The notes below the pieces were generated by a model. The model had not been told where the DNA came from. It did no database searches and worked only from the letters and a program-made list of their open reading frames with translations. 64,000 nt of DNA from Candidatus Woesearchaeota archaeon (lineage in GTDB: Archaea; Nanobdellota; Nanobdellia; Woesearchaeales; GW2011-AR9), in NCBI GenBank assembly GCA_945861715.1, contig CAMAVK010000002.1:106662-170661 (forward strand), given 5' to 3'. Made by a program: the position numbers and the translations under genes. Shown piece after piece: positions 46,496-56,056 of the stretch (position 1 is the stretch's first letter; the number at the start of each line of letters is the position of its first letter).

Positions 46496-47254
46496 TTATT
46501 CTATTTTTTGTGAAGGTTGATTTTGGAAGTATTTAGTGTGTTGAAGTGGTTCTGGTTTTATTTGGTATCCCCATTCCTGTGCTTTTTTTGCAACTTCGTT
46601 CTTAAAGGTTATTCGGTCAGTGTAGAAGGGGACAATTTTTCCATTATTTTGTACAAATTGTGTTACGGTGGGGTCTACTGTATCTTGAGTGATCTTTTGA
46701 TATTGATCTTTAGAAATAATGATAATATATCCTACTGCAGTGCCAAAGAAATCTTCAATTGGGTTAAGTTTTCGTTGATATAAATCTGGTCTTAGATTAT
46801 TTTTGGTGCAGGTACCTTTTTCTAGTGTGTATGATCCATCAGCTTGTCTTCTTTTTCTTATTTTTCCTTTATCCCACGCACGGAGTTTCATTTCTAATAT
46901 GACTGGTGTTTGAGCAACTTTGATTATTTGGTCATACTCCCACAGTCCGTGAGTTTTTGATTTTAGAATTATTCGGTTACCGTTACTTCGAAATAGGGCG
47001 TCTTTTTTATTTATTTTGGATCTGGCATAATCACGAAATAATTCTATTTCTTGAGACATGGCTTGATTTGCTATGTTTTCAATTATTAAATCAAGGTAAA
47101 TTTCACTGAAATCTTGAGTGTATTGTTGTAGTAATCGTGGTGCTGCTATGATATTGGAAGGTAATTGGTTATATCTTTCTTGTATTTTTCCCCATGAAGG
47201 TTTTTCTTGAGATAAAAGTGTGCACAGTGTGTCTATAGGGGGTGTTAATATCAT
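46496..47254 (-). CDS. Hypothetical protein, possible PD-(D/E)XK nuclease
   Basis: 'FSEIY..WEYDQII..VILEMKL' fits the E..(E)xD..ExK pattern. Confidence 0.5.
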   Translation of the reverse strand: MILTPPIDTLCTLLSQEKPSWGKIQERYNQLPSNIIAAPRLLQQYTQDFSEIYLDLIIENIANQAMSQEIELFRDYARSKINKKDALFRSNGNRIILKSKTHGLWEYDQIIKVAQTPVILEMKLRAWDKGKIRKRRQADGSYTLEKGTCTKNNLRPDLYQRKLNPIEDFFGTAVGYIIIISKDQYQKITQDTVDPTVTQFVQNNGKIVPFYTDRITFKNEVAKKAQEWGYQIKPEPLQHTKYFQNQPSQKIE

Positions 47255-47430
47255 TATTTTTTATTTTTGTAACTCAAATGTGGGCTTTTAATGATTTCGT
47301 GTGTGAAGGAGATAATTCACAGTTTTGTTACGTATCCTTTTGAAAAACAATAATTCTTATAAACGTAGTCTGGTGGGAAGTTGTTATTTGATTTTGGTCA
47401 AAATTTATTGAACTTAAAGGAAGTGGTTTT

Positions 47431-48858
47431 GTGGCAAATGTAATTTATGAGCAAGTGGGTCAGAATATAAGAATTCCTAGTATTCCTTATGATAGTCGTT
47501 ATGATTTGGTGCATGTTTTCTTTACTTCGGATGTGCCATCGGTATCGGATTTAGAACAGATTTTAGCACAAGGAACAGATAAAATTTTGTGTGCTCCGTG
47601 GTCAGTTGATGTAGTGCGTGGTTTTAAGGATTATGTGCCAACGACGTTTAGTATGGTTACTAAAGATATGCCTAAAGAGTTAATTAGTTCTTATTTTGGT
47701 GCTCCTGCCGGAAAAAAAGAACAACGTGATCGAGTTTTATTGCAGTTGCAGTCTGAATTAGATGCTAAATCGGCTACTATTGATGCGGCAATAATCCATA
47801 ACCGCAAGGATTATGGTGGAATTATTAACAAAACGCACTTAGTAAATCGTATTTATAATATTGGTCGATTACATGAGGATTTGTCAGATAGAACTGATGC
47901 GTATCCTTTTCTCTTTGGAGGAGATTTTGAAAATCTAGCGCGTTGGGATGATATTCTTATTGGTATAAAGAAGTTATTTATTGAGTATGTAAGTGAGGTT
48001 TCTTTAGGTGAGAGATGGTATGAACTCCGTGTGCGGACACCTGATGTAACAAGTAAGGATCTTAAGAAAAGATATGTGTATGTTGATTGGCTTAAGGAGA
48101 AGTTAGGCGATGATCTTTTAGGGGTGCTATTGTATGGGTCTGCTGCTCGAACTGATGATCCTGCGGGGTATTCTGATTTTGATAATTGGGTTCGTGTTAA
48201 AGATGTTGCTAAAGCCCAACGAATTTTAGCTAATACTTCACCTGCTGTTGTTGGTGGTAAGGTGGTAGAGTTAACTCATGGTGAACATCCTGAGGGAGCT
48301 AAACACTTGGGTATTCATTTGTTTCCAGAAGATGATAATTATATGCTTCGTTTTATTCGATTTTTGCATGATTCAAGGGAGTTTTTGAAACATACGAAAG
48401 TGTTGTATGGTGAGATGCCGTTTATTAAGGTGCGTCAGGACGAGGTTGTTGAGAGGGGTGTATCTCACGCTTACATCAAACTTAAAACTATTGCAGGAGC
48501 GCTTAATTGGGCTTATACTTATCCTGATAAGATGATGGGACGTCCTGCTCTTTTTGAGTTTATAGTTAAGAATGTTCGGTTTTTCTTTCAACATGCGTTA
48601 AATGCGGTTGAGGGACCACAACTTCGAACTAAGGCTGAACTTAATGCGAGACTTGCGGATAGGGGACTCCATATTCCTGAGTATAAAGAAGATCCAGAAC
48701 ATATTCGAAAGTCAGTTCTGTATGCAATGTATAGTGTTCTTACTCTGCAGAGTGAGTTTTTGAAATCTAATCGGCAACCTAATCTTCGTTTTCTTACGGA
48801 AAAGAAGAATTATGCTTGGGATGATCCTTCAATTGACTCTTTAGTTGATTCTCCTTGA
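47431..48858 (+). CDS. Large Pol-beta-superfamily nucleotidyltransferase domain protein
   Basis: Central 'LLYGSAAR..YSDFDNWV' motif with a helical C-terminal region. Confidence 0.75.
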   Translation: MANVIYEQVGQNIRIPSIPYDSRYDLVHVFFTSDVPSVSDLEQILAQGTDKILCAPWSVDVVRGFKDYVPTTFSMVTKDMPKELISSYFGAPAGKKEQRDRVLLQLQSELDAKSATIDAAIIHNRKDYGGIINKTHLVNRIYNIGRLHEDLSDRTDAYPFLFGGDFENLARWDDILIGIKKLFIEYVSEVSLGERWYELRVRTPDVTSKDLKKRYVYVDWLKEKLGDDLLGVLLYGSAARTDDPAGYSDFDNWVRVKDVAKAQRILANTSPAVVGGKVVELTHGEHPEGAKHLGIHLFPEDDNYMLRFIRFLHDSREFLKHTKVLYGEMPFIKVRQDEVVERGVSHAYIKLKTIAGALNWAYTYPDKMMGRPALFEFIVKNVRFFFQHALNAVEGPQLRTKAELNARLADRGLHIPEYKEDPEHIRKSVLYAMYSVLTLQSEFLKSNRQPNLRFLTEKKNYAWDDPSIDSLVDSP

Positions 48859-48921
48859 TTAGAGTACGTTACTTTTCTTTTTTCCATTAGGTTTATAGCT
48901 TGGTCTTTCTTTGTTTAGGAT

Positions 48922-49095
48922 ATGTATTCTATTGATGATTCTGTACGAGGTACGTGTGGGTATGATTCTTCGGTTCGGGCTATGTATAATGTTGATTCGG
49001 TGCGGTTGTATGCTGTGAAGCGTCCAACTCATTGTTGTGGGGCGTGGAGTCGGGGTATGCGATGTAGGGGTTGTGTGAATGGGGGTGAGAAGTAG
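48922..49095 (+). CDS. Small Cys-rich protein (57 aa), absent from the ORF track
   Basis: MYSIDDSVRGTCGYDSSVRAMYNVDSVRLYAVKRPTHCCGAWSRGMRCRGCVNGGEK*, with TTTATA about 30 nt upstream. Confidence 0.5.
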   Translation: MYSIDDSVRGTCGYDSSVRAMYNVDSVRLYAVKRPTHCCGAWSRGMRCRGCVNGGEK

Positions 49096-49109
49096 TTTAG
49101 GTTGTTTCG

Positions 49110-49694
49110 TTATTCTTTGGGGTTCGTTGGATCAAAGTATAGCTTACTAATTCGGTGCCATGCGTCATCCGGTTGAACGGCCACCTTAACGCTTCCTCCA
49201 AAGCCCACTGATCTCTCTAAACCTGCATAGGCAGCAAGCTCAGCTAAAGAACGTATTTCTCTAGGTCCGCCATACATTTCAAGCAGGGTTATGGCATTTT
49301 GAGAAACATTCTCTTTGAAATTGATTTTACCAACATCATGCAAAAGTGTCCATAGAAAACGACTATCCTGAGATGGATCCTCAATTAATCTTAAACCTTT
49401 TCCCTGGTATGTTCTTAATGAATCTACATCTCTCTTTAATATGGGTAGAATTTCATCATCAAAGGCCCTAGGGAAATCACTCACAATAGAATCACTCAAA
49501 TTTGCCTTTAATAGAACATATTCACGAATGGATGCATTAATATGCCTGGTATAAAGGGGGTGGAGTAGTTTATTGGCTTCGATAAAAATTGGATTTGATG
49601 ACCGATTCATCAAAGCATTCACAAGAGAAGTATTAAATGAACCTCGCGAAGCAACAGGTAAAAGTTGAAAGATAATTGGTTTAGAGTATTCCAT
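49110..49694 (-). CDS. Hypothetical protein in a skew-reversed segment
   Basis: 194-aa ORF with no recognised motif. Confidence 0.55.
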   Translation of the reverse strand: MEYSKPIIFQLLPVASRGSFNTSLVNALMNRSSNPIFIEANKLLHPLYTRHINASIREYVLLKANLSDSIVSDFPRAFDDEILPILKRDVDSLRTYQGKGLRLIEDPSQDSRFLWTLLHDVGKINFKENVSQNAITLLEMYGGPREIRSLAELAAYAGLERSVGFGGSVKVAVQPDDAWHRISKLYFDPTNPKE

Positions 49695-49877
49695 ATTTTA
49701 AGGTTGGAAATGACTCCATAAAAAGATATCGATACTTGGGCCATAGATTTGAGCCATTTTTTCACAACTTGGTCTGAGCGTATCTTCTCAACCTTTCCCG
49801 CTTCTAAAGAACTTAGTCTCAATTGTCCAATCCGCATTACCTCCAACTGCATTACTTGGTTAATTAGTGATATGGTT

Positions 49878-50399
49878 TTATTTTAGAATTTTCTTTTCGC
49901 CGCTGTAGAGTCCCATGGTTACCATGCGGTCATATTGTTCTTTGGTTAAGGCTAGGTAGCTGATGTCCGCTCCCCGATCTTTGAGGGTGTTCTTTAGTGG
50001 TTCAAGGGATGTGGCGTTTATGGATTCTCCAATAAGTAGGATGTTGGCTTTTCCTTTTTTAGCGGAACCGTATAAAATGATACTTTGGACTCCCGGGATG
50101 CTTTGGGCTGCCTGGGAGAATTCGGCTACGGCATCCACTTCTTCATCAAAGAGGGTTCGTAAGAATTCAACTTTTTCGTTTTCATGGGGTTTGTATACTT
50201 TGGAATTTTTCCATTCCCGGCGGTTGAGAATTTCCATGGCAGCGAGGTCTTGGAGTATGCGGTAGGTGGAGGCTGGGGACACCAGTGATTTTTGAGAAAT
50301 TTCTTGAAGGGTCAATTCTTCTTGGGTTCGAAGTACGATGCGAAGTATGGATGCGATTTTTGGATCGATGAGTTTTCCTAGTAATTCTTTTTTCACCAT
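49878..50399 (-). CDS. wHTH regulator fused to a degenerate nucleotidyltransferase-like domain
   Basis: 'LTLQEISQKSLVSPASTYRIL' HTH; 'ILYGSAKKGKANILLIG' lacks the DxD. Confidence 0.7.
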   Translation of the reverse strand: MVKKELLGKLIDPKIASILRIVLRTQEELTLQEISQKSLVSPASTYRILQDLAAMEILNRREWKNSKVYKPHENEKVEFLRTLFDEEVDAVAEFSQAAQSIPGVQSIILYGSAKKGKANILLIGESINATSLEPLKNTLKDRGADISYLALTKEQYDRMVTMGLYSGEKKILK

Positions 50400-50587
50400 G
50401 GGGTTCTGTTGGGGTCACTGGTTTATATTGTTTTCTTTTTTGGAATTGAATTTCTATTTTGGTATTTGATTTCATTTTTGAAATTGGCATTCAGCATTTG
50501 AAATCCCCCTTCAAATCCAAAGATATATTAAGGAAAAGGGCTTTCTTTGCCTATGGAAGGGGTGTTTAATCCTTTCAATTTGGTGAT

Positions 50588-51262
50588 ATGGTGGCAGATA
50601 TACTTGATCTTATTAAGTCCAGACGGACAATAAAGAATTTTTCTTCTCAATATGTTTCATGGGAAAACATTGCTCGTATTATTGATGCAGGGCGTCATGC
50701 GCCAAGTTGTGGTAATGTGCAAAACTGGAAGTTTATCGTCGTAGATGATGCGGGTAAAAAGAAGGCGATTGCTGATGCGTGTTACGAGCAATTTGAGATT
50801 GTTTCGGCTCATTGTTTGATCATTATTTGTGCAGAGCCTGAGAAGGCCGAGCGTTATTATGGTATGCGTGGTGAGCGACTTTATACAGTTCAAAATTGTG
50901 CTGCAGCAGCTCAAAATATGTTATTAGAAGCTCATTCTTTAGGCTTAGGATCAGCATGGATAGGCGCATTTGATGAAGAAGCGGTGAAAGGCGTGTTAGG
51001 AATTCCTGAGGAAGTACGTCCGCAAATTATTATACCTATTGGTTATGCACGTGATGTTCCGCCAAAGCCACCAAAATATCCACTTGAAACCGTCGTATAC
51101 CTGAATCGATGGCGCGGTAAGATGCGTGATTTCACGACGTATACTCATGATGTTGCAATTATTCTTGAACGTAAAGTAGGTGATGTTCACTCTGTTACCT
51201 CTAGTGCGGTTAAGAAGGTTGTTGAATCTGTATCTAAGGTCTTGCAACGTGAGAAAAAGTAA
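50588..51262 (+). CDS. Nitroreductase family protein
   Basis: RRTIK, APSCGNVQNWKF, AAQNMLLEAHSLGLGSAWIG. Confidence 0.93.
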   Translation: MVADILDLIKSRRTIKNFSSQYVSWENIARIIDAGRHAPSCGNVQNWKFIVVDDAGKKKAIADACYEQFEIVSAHCLIIICAEPEKAERYYGMRGERLYTVQNCAAAAQNMLLEAHSLGLGSAWIGAFDEEAVKGVLGIPEEVRPQIIIPIGYARDVPPKPPKYPLETVVYLNRWRGKMRDFTTYTHDVAIILERKVGDVHSVTSSAVKKVVESVSKVLQREKK

Positions 51263-51707
51263 TATTTAAATCGGTTATTTTTGGCTTCTTTTTTCTTAAT
51301 TGTTTTATTTTTGCGGTTAAATGCAATCACAACTATTTTGTTTTTTGAATGTTTATGTTTTAAGAAGCTTGTTGAAATATATACTGTCCTCTAGAAAACT
51401 TTATATAGTAGTTTGCTATCTGTAAAATTGGGTTTAGGGTTCGGGTTTACAGGTTTAGGTTAAAAGTTTCGTGTACAGTTGTTTTCTGCACATTATCGAT
51501 GTTTAGTTTGTACTCGGTTTGGGTTTGTTCTAGAAGTAAGAAAGATGTACTAGTATATAATAGTTTGTATACTGCGGAATATAATTGCATTTAACGTCAG
51601 TAGAAACTATTAGTTCCCATAGGGAATTTATTGGTACAGTTCACGATCCTCACATCATGAAGAGAGAGGAAACAAAAAAATAAGGGAAAAATAGGGGTGT
51701 AAAGAAC

Positions 51708-52772
51708 ATGGAATTTATCGTAGAGAAGGCGCTTCAAAGCGCACCAGAGTATGACTTTGAGAACATGAACCAAGCTAATATTAAAGTTATTGGCGTTGGT
51801 GGTGCTGGTAACAATATGGTTGGCTGGCTATACAAGAAGGGAATCAAAGGCGCTGAGATTATTGCAACTAACACTGATTACCAACACTTGAACATCACTG
51901 GAGCTGATCGAAAGTTCCTTATTGGAAAAGACTGTACAAGAGGTCTTGGCTGTGGTGGATTTCCTAACAAAGGAGCTGAAGCTGCTCAAGAGTCACTTAT
52001 CCAAATTAAGGAAGCTTTGAAAGGATCAGATATGGTCTTTGTTTGCGCAGGTATGGGTGGTGGAACAGGAACAGGAGCTGCTCCAGTTGTAGCTCAAGTA
52101 GCTAAGGACACAGGTGCTATTGTTATTGGAACTGTAACTATGCCATTTAACATAGAAAGAGCTCGATGTGATAAGGCTGAGTTTGGTCTTCAACAACTTC
52201 GACAAGTGTCAGACACTGTTATTGTAATTGATAACAACCGACTTGTTCAAATTGCTGGTAACTTGCCAATTCAACAAGCATTTGCTGTAGCTAACGAACT
52301 TATTGCAACCATGATTAAGGGTATTGTTGAAACTATTGCAGTTCCTTCCTTAGTTAACCTGGATTATGCAGACGTTAAGGCAATTATGTCAAATGGTGGA
52401 GTAGCAGCTATTGGTGTTGGAAGTTCAGACACTAACAACAGAGTTGAAGAAGCAGTTAAGGGAGCATTGTCAAACCCACTTCTTGATATCAACTACGAAG
52501 GCGCAACTGGTGCTTTGATTCATATCACAGGTGGACCTGATATGACTCTTGATGAAGTTAGCCGTATTGGTGAGTTAGTTACTGAGTCTCTTGATGATGA
52601 CGCAAACGTTATCTGGGGAGCTCGTGTAGCTGATGAGATGAAAGGTAAGTTGACTGTTATGACCATTATCACCGGTGTTAACAGCCCATGGATCCTTGGT
52701 AAGGTAGACAATAGAAAGAGCGAGCAACGAGCTAAGTCTCTCTCACGAGAGCTTGGAATCGAATTAGTTTAA
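51708..52772 (+). CDS. ftsZ: Cell division protein FtsZ
   Basis: GVGGAGNN, GMGGGTGTGAAP, DNNRL, NLDYADV; C-terminal LGIELV tail. Confidence 0.97.
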   Translation: MEFIVEKALQSAPEYDFENMNQANIKVIGVGGAGNNMVGWLYKKGIKGAEIIATNTDYQHLNITGADRKFLIGKDCTRGLGCGGFPNKGAEAAQESLIQIKEALKGSDMVFVCAGMGGGTGTGAAPVVAQVAKDTGAIVIGTVTMPFNIERARCDKAEFGLQQLRQVSDTVIVIDNNRLVQIAGNLPIQQAFAVANELIATMIKGIVETIAVPSLVNLDYADVKAIMSNGGVAAIGVGSSDTNNRVEEAVKGALSNPLLDINYEGATGALIHITGGPDMTLDEVSRIGELVTESLDDDANVIWGARVADEMKGKLTVMTIITGVNSPWILGKVDNRKSEQRAKSLSRELGIELV

Positions 52773-52788
52773 GTGTGTGGCAATGAGC

Positions 52789-52918
52789 AAAGAAGGCGAG
52801 TTTTGCCTTCTTTCTCTTTTCTTTTCCTATTTTTTAGGAAAACTCTGCCACGCTCTTTCTCCTCTACACCCCCTGTAGATTCTGAATCCCCTGCGGGCAG
52901 GGTTTTTCCTTCTTTTTT
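52789..52918 (+). terminator. Hairpins with T-tracts after ftsZ (convergent terminator region)
   Basis: AAAGAAGGCGAG/TTGCCTTCTTT and AGGAAAACTCTGCC/GGCAGGGTTTTTCCT, each followed by T-runs. Confidence 0.55.
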
Positions 52919-52974
52919 AGTTCTTTTTTTATTGTGTTTCAAAGTTCTTTTTGAGTGGTGTTTTTTACTTTTAC

Positions 52975-54375
52975 TTATCGATCAAATGGTACGAGCATAT
53001 TGAAAATTTCAACTAATTGGCTGGACTTAACCATTAATTCATCGAGGGAAGATACAACAGGAAGTAATGGGGTGGTGACACAATGGCCGCTTGGGGAAAG
53101 TTTTCTGATAATCTCGAGATATGCTTGGTTTACTTCCTGACGAAAATCGGCGTTCGGGTGAGTCAATGGGGAAGCGAGTGCTACAAAATCAAGATTGTAA
53201 AATAATTTTGTATCATTGAAGAGCATTTGTCGTTGTGGTTCCCAACATTCGTACAGCCATCCATCGTTTCCTGGCACGACATCTTTTGCGATATGAGGAC
53301 GTGCTACGACTCCATATTGCTCAGTACAGTGAATCGCATATTCTACATTTTTTTGGAGACTTTGTGGTGTATCAACAGGTTGACCATTTTGGTTGTGAAA
53401 ACCCATGACCAACAGTGCTTCAGGCGTAATTCCTAATTTGAGGCATTGAGCAAAGGTGTTATCTACTGCAGTAAGACTCATTTTTCCTTTATGTTGGCTA
53501 CGCCACACTTCCTCAGTTGTTCCATCCACTCCAAACCCGACGATTTTTAGTCCTGCATTTGGGATGAGATCATGGAGGGCTGGTTCTTGTTTTAGTGCAT
53601 TAAGAAATGAATCAACCCGACTTAAGCCGCGTAGGGTTATGTCCATTTTGTACTCTTTGCGTGCTTGAGCAAAATATTGTAGTACTTGACTGAGGGACCT
53701 GGGGTTTTGAAAAAGATCAAGTGGACTAAGGTACATTTTTAAGTGAGGAATTTTGAGTTGAATGGCTTTTTCACAAAGTGTGTGGAGGTCTGGTAGTATT
53801 GTCTGGCTAAAGGTTTCTGTAACTCTTTTTCCTATTCGGCTGCGTGGTGCTGCACAAAATGTGCATGCTTTTTTACAGCCTTGTGATATAAAAAAACTAA
53901 ATTCCGATTGTAAATATTTCTCTGCTTTGTTAGTCTCCATATTTTTGATTTGTAGTCCAATGCTCGCTTGATACATACTCGGTACTTCTTGCTGTAGTAT
54001 TCTGGCTAGATCTGCGTCATCTCTCATTTGGTGAGCTATTGGAAATATAGTGCTGAATTGCTCAGGTGTGAAATATTCAACTCCGTGTCCGCCTAACGAT
54101 GGAATTTTACCATGTTCACGATAAATCTTGGCAGCGAGATTTTGGGCGCTGGGTATGTAGGGCGGTCCTACTACTCCTATACCGATGAAGTCATACAAGT
54201 CGATATTTTTGGGTAATGCTTCAAAATTTAGGTCTATGATTTCAGTGTTGATTCCTGTTGCATCTAGTTTAGCTGCTACGTTGTATAAGTCCATAGGAAG
54301 CCAGGTTTGAGATTTACCATAGGGATAGGCCAAGCGTAGGAGAAGAGCTTTTTTTTGGGAGGGAGGTGGAGACAT
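52975..54375 (-). CDS. B12-binding-like radical SAM protein
   Basis: 'SQGCKKACTFC' CxxxCxxC motif, with an N-terminal cobalamin-binding-like domain (P..L..VAA.L..IIDLN..GG). Confidence 0.8.
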   Translation of the reverse strand: MSPPPSQKKALLLRLAYPYGKSQTWLPMDLYNVAAKLDATGINTEIIDLNFEALPKNIDLYDFIGIGVVGPPYIPSAQNLAAKIYREHGKIPSLGGHGVEYFTPEQFSTIFPIAHQMRDDADLARILQQEVPSMYQASIGLQIKNMETNKAEKYLQSEFSFFISQGCKKACTFCAAPRSRIGKRVTETFSQTILPDLHTLCEKAIQLKIPHLKMYLSPLDLFQNPRSLSQVLQYFAQARKEYKMDITLRGLSRVDSFLNALKQEPALHDLIPNAGLKIVGFGVDGTTEEVWRSQHKGKMSLTAVDNTFAQCLKLGITPEALLVMGFHNQNGQPVDTPQSLQKNVEYAIHCTEQYGVVARPHIAKDVVPGNDGWLYECWEPQRQMLFNDTKLFYNLDFVALASPLTHPNADFRQEVNQAYLEIIRKLSPSGHCVTTPLLPVVSSLDELMVKSSQLVEIFNMLVPFDR

Positions 54376-54492
54376 TTTGGTGTTACCTTGCAGTAATAAC
54401 CTTCATTGCGCTGTTGTTAATTATAAAGTAATGTTGTTAGAAATTTTTATTTTTACATAAAATTTATAACTATAATCGTAATTATTCCATTT

Positions 54493-55443
54493 ATGGACCG
54501 TTATGATCAACTCATCCTCTATGAATTAGATAAAAGGGCCAATTTGCCACTTGCAGATCTCGCCAAGAAGGTACGGCGCTCGAAACAGTTCATACTTTAT
54601 CGAATGAAGAAATTAGAGGAACAAGGGATTATCACGGGGTATAATGCCATTGTGGATATGTCAAAGTTAGGATACTTTACGTTTCGTGTTTATTTCAAAT
54701 TACAAGCAGTTACCGCAGAGGAAAGCTTGGCGTTTGTTAAATTTGTGAAAGATACCTATTCGCATGTTTGGACGATTACCACAATGCATGAGAAATGGGA
54801 TTATGCTCTTTTTTTGGGAGTGAAAACGATTATGGAATTTCATGAAATATGGGATGGAATTATGCTTCACTTCAAAGAAAAGATTAAGCGCTATAATGTG
54901 GCAGTGTATGCGCCAATCTATAATTTTAATCGGACGTTCTTTGTTCCGGAGAAAAAAGAGGTTATTGTGCGTACGTATGGAGGTGGTACTCCGGAAGTTG
55001 TGGATGATCTTGATCGACGGCTTATTGAGATTTATGCTGCAAATGTGCGACTTTCTTCACTTGAAATGAGCAAGAGGTTAGGAGTCAGTGCGGATACGGT
55101 GCGAGCACGTATCAAGAAACTTGAAGAGCGTAAAATTATTTGTGGGTATAAAATTGGACTTGATGTACATAGCTTGGGATATGTGGGATATCGAGTTGAT
55201 TTAGAGTTGTGTTCAACGAAGAAAAATGTGGCGCTCTTTGAGTTTTGTAAACAACATTCATATATTTATCAGATCAACAAGTCAATTGGTGGCGCTAATT
55301 TTGAAATTGAAGTCATTGTCAAAAATTTTCAGGATTTGTTGCGGGTTATTAATGAACTTAAGACAGAGTTTCATGATGTGATTGATGATGTGGAGTATTT
55401 TGGCTTTTCAACATTTCATATTTTAAATTATATTCCTGATTAG
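54493..55443 (+). CDS. Tandem Lrp/AsnC family regulator
   Basis: Two HTH-RAM units (MDRYDQLILYEL.. and DDLDRRLIEI..); divergent from the radical SAM gene. Confidence 0.9.
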   Translation: MDRYDQLILYELDKRANLPLADLAKKVRRSKQFILYRMKKLEEQGIITGYNAIVDMSKLGYFTFRVYFKLQAVTAEESLAFVKFVKDTYSHVWTITTMHEKWDYALFLGVKTIMEFHEIWDGIMLHFKEKIKRYNVAVYAPIYNFNRTFFVPEKKEVIVRTYGGGTPEVVDDLDRRLIEIYAANVRLSSLEMSKRLGVSADTVRARIKKLEERKIICGYKIGLDVHSLGYVGYRVDLELCSTKKNVALFEFCKQHSYIYQINKSIGGANFEIEVIVKNFQDLLRVINELKTEFHDVIDDVEYFGFSTFHILNYIPD

Positions 55444-55559
55444 TTCCTCGATGATTTGTTGATTGGAGTTTCTAATCCTGATTTTGTGTTAGGCGTTCGC
55501 TTAGTGATGTTATTATCTTATAATTGAGAGTGAATGTAGATTACCCTTTTAGAACTATT

Positions 55560-56021
55560 TTAGAAGTTTGGCAAGGTGCCATGTGAGTATTTTGCTTTGG
55601 CTTCGTTGAACTGGTCAAGGTGCCCTGTTTCCTTTGCCGCGAGGTAGACACCTTGGCGGATGCAGTATGTTACCGTTCCTTTTTTCTTTTCAAGTGTTAC
55701 TTTGAGGAAGCGGTCATCAAATTTTCCATTTTCTTTAATGTGATCTTTAGTTCGAAGGTAATATTCATTGGTGTGACAACCAGCTGCGGTTGCTAAAATA
55801 CAAAATCCTCCAAAACCGAGGGTCATGCCAACACCTATGACTGCGGCTAATGGGTCTGTTGGTTGTTGCTCTATGAGCATTACAGTCCCTCCAGCTAAGG
55901 TGATATAACCTAACGCGGTTACGCGATTGCCTACTGAAGTTATATACAGTTGGTTGATTCTTTCACAAAGAGTTGACATGTCTATAGTTTTTGTGGTTTC
56001 TTTCAAAAAGTTTTGCTTCAT
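55560..56021 (-). CDS. Hypothetical two-TM protein
   Basis: Two hydrophobic helices; last gene of a three-gene minus-strand run. Confidence 0.6.
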   Translation of the reverse strand: MKQNFLKETTKTIDMSTLCERINQLYITSVGNRVTALGYITLAGGTVMLIEQQPTDPLAAVIGVGMTLGFGGFCILATAAGCHTNEYYLRTKDHIKENGKFDDRFLKVTLEKKKGTVTYCIRQGVYLAAKETGHLDQFNEAKAKYSHGTLPNF

Positions 56022-56056
56022 TTTTGAAATTTTGGTTAGCTGTGCTTTTACAAATG

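Noticed and set aside
51430-51460. Telomere-like TTTAGGG repeat
   Set aside because: Only one exact unit in an internal location; kept only as part of the ftsZ leader observation.
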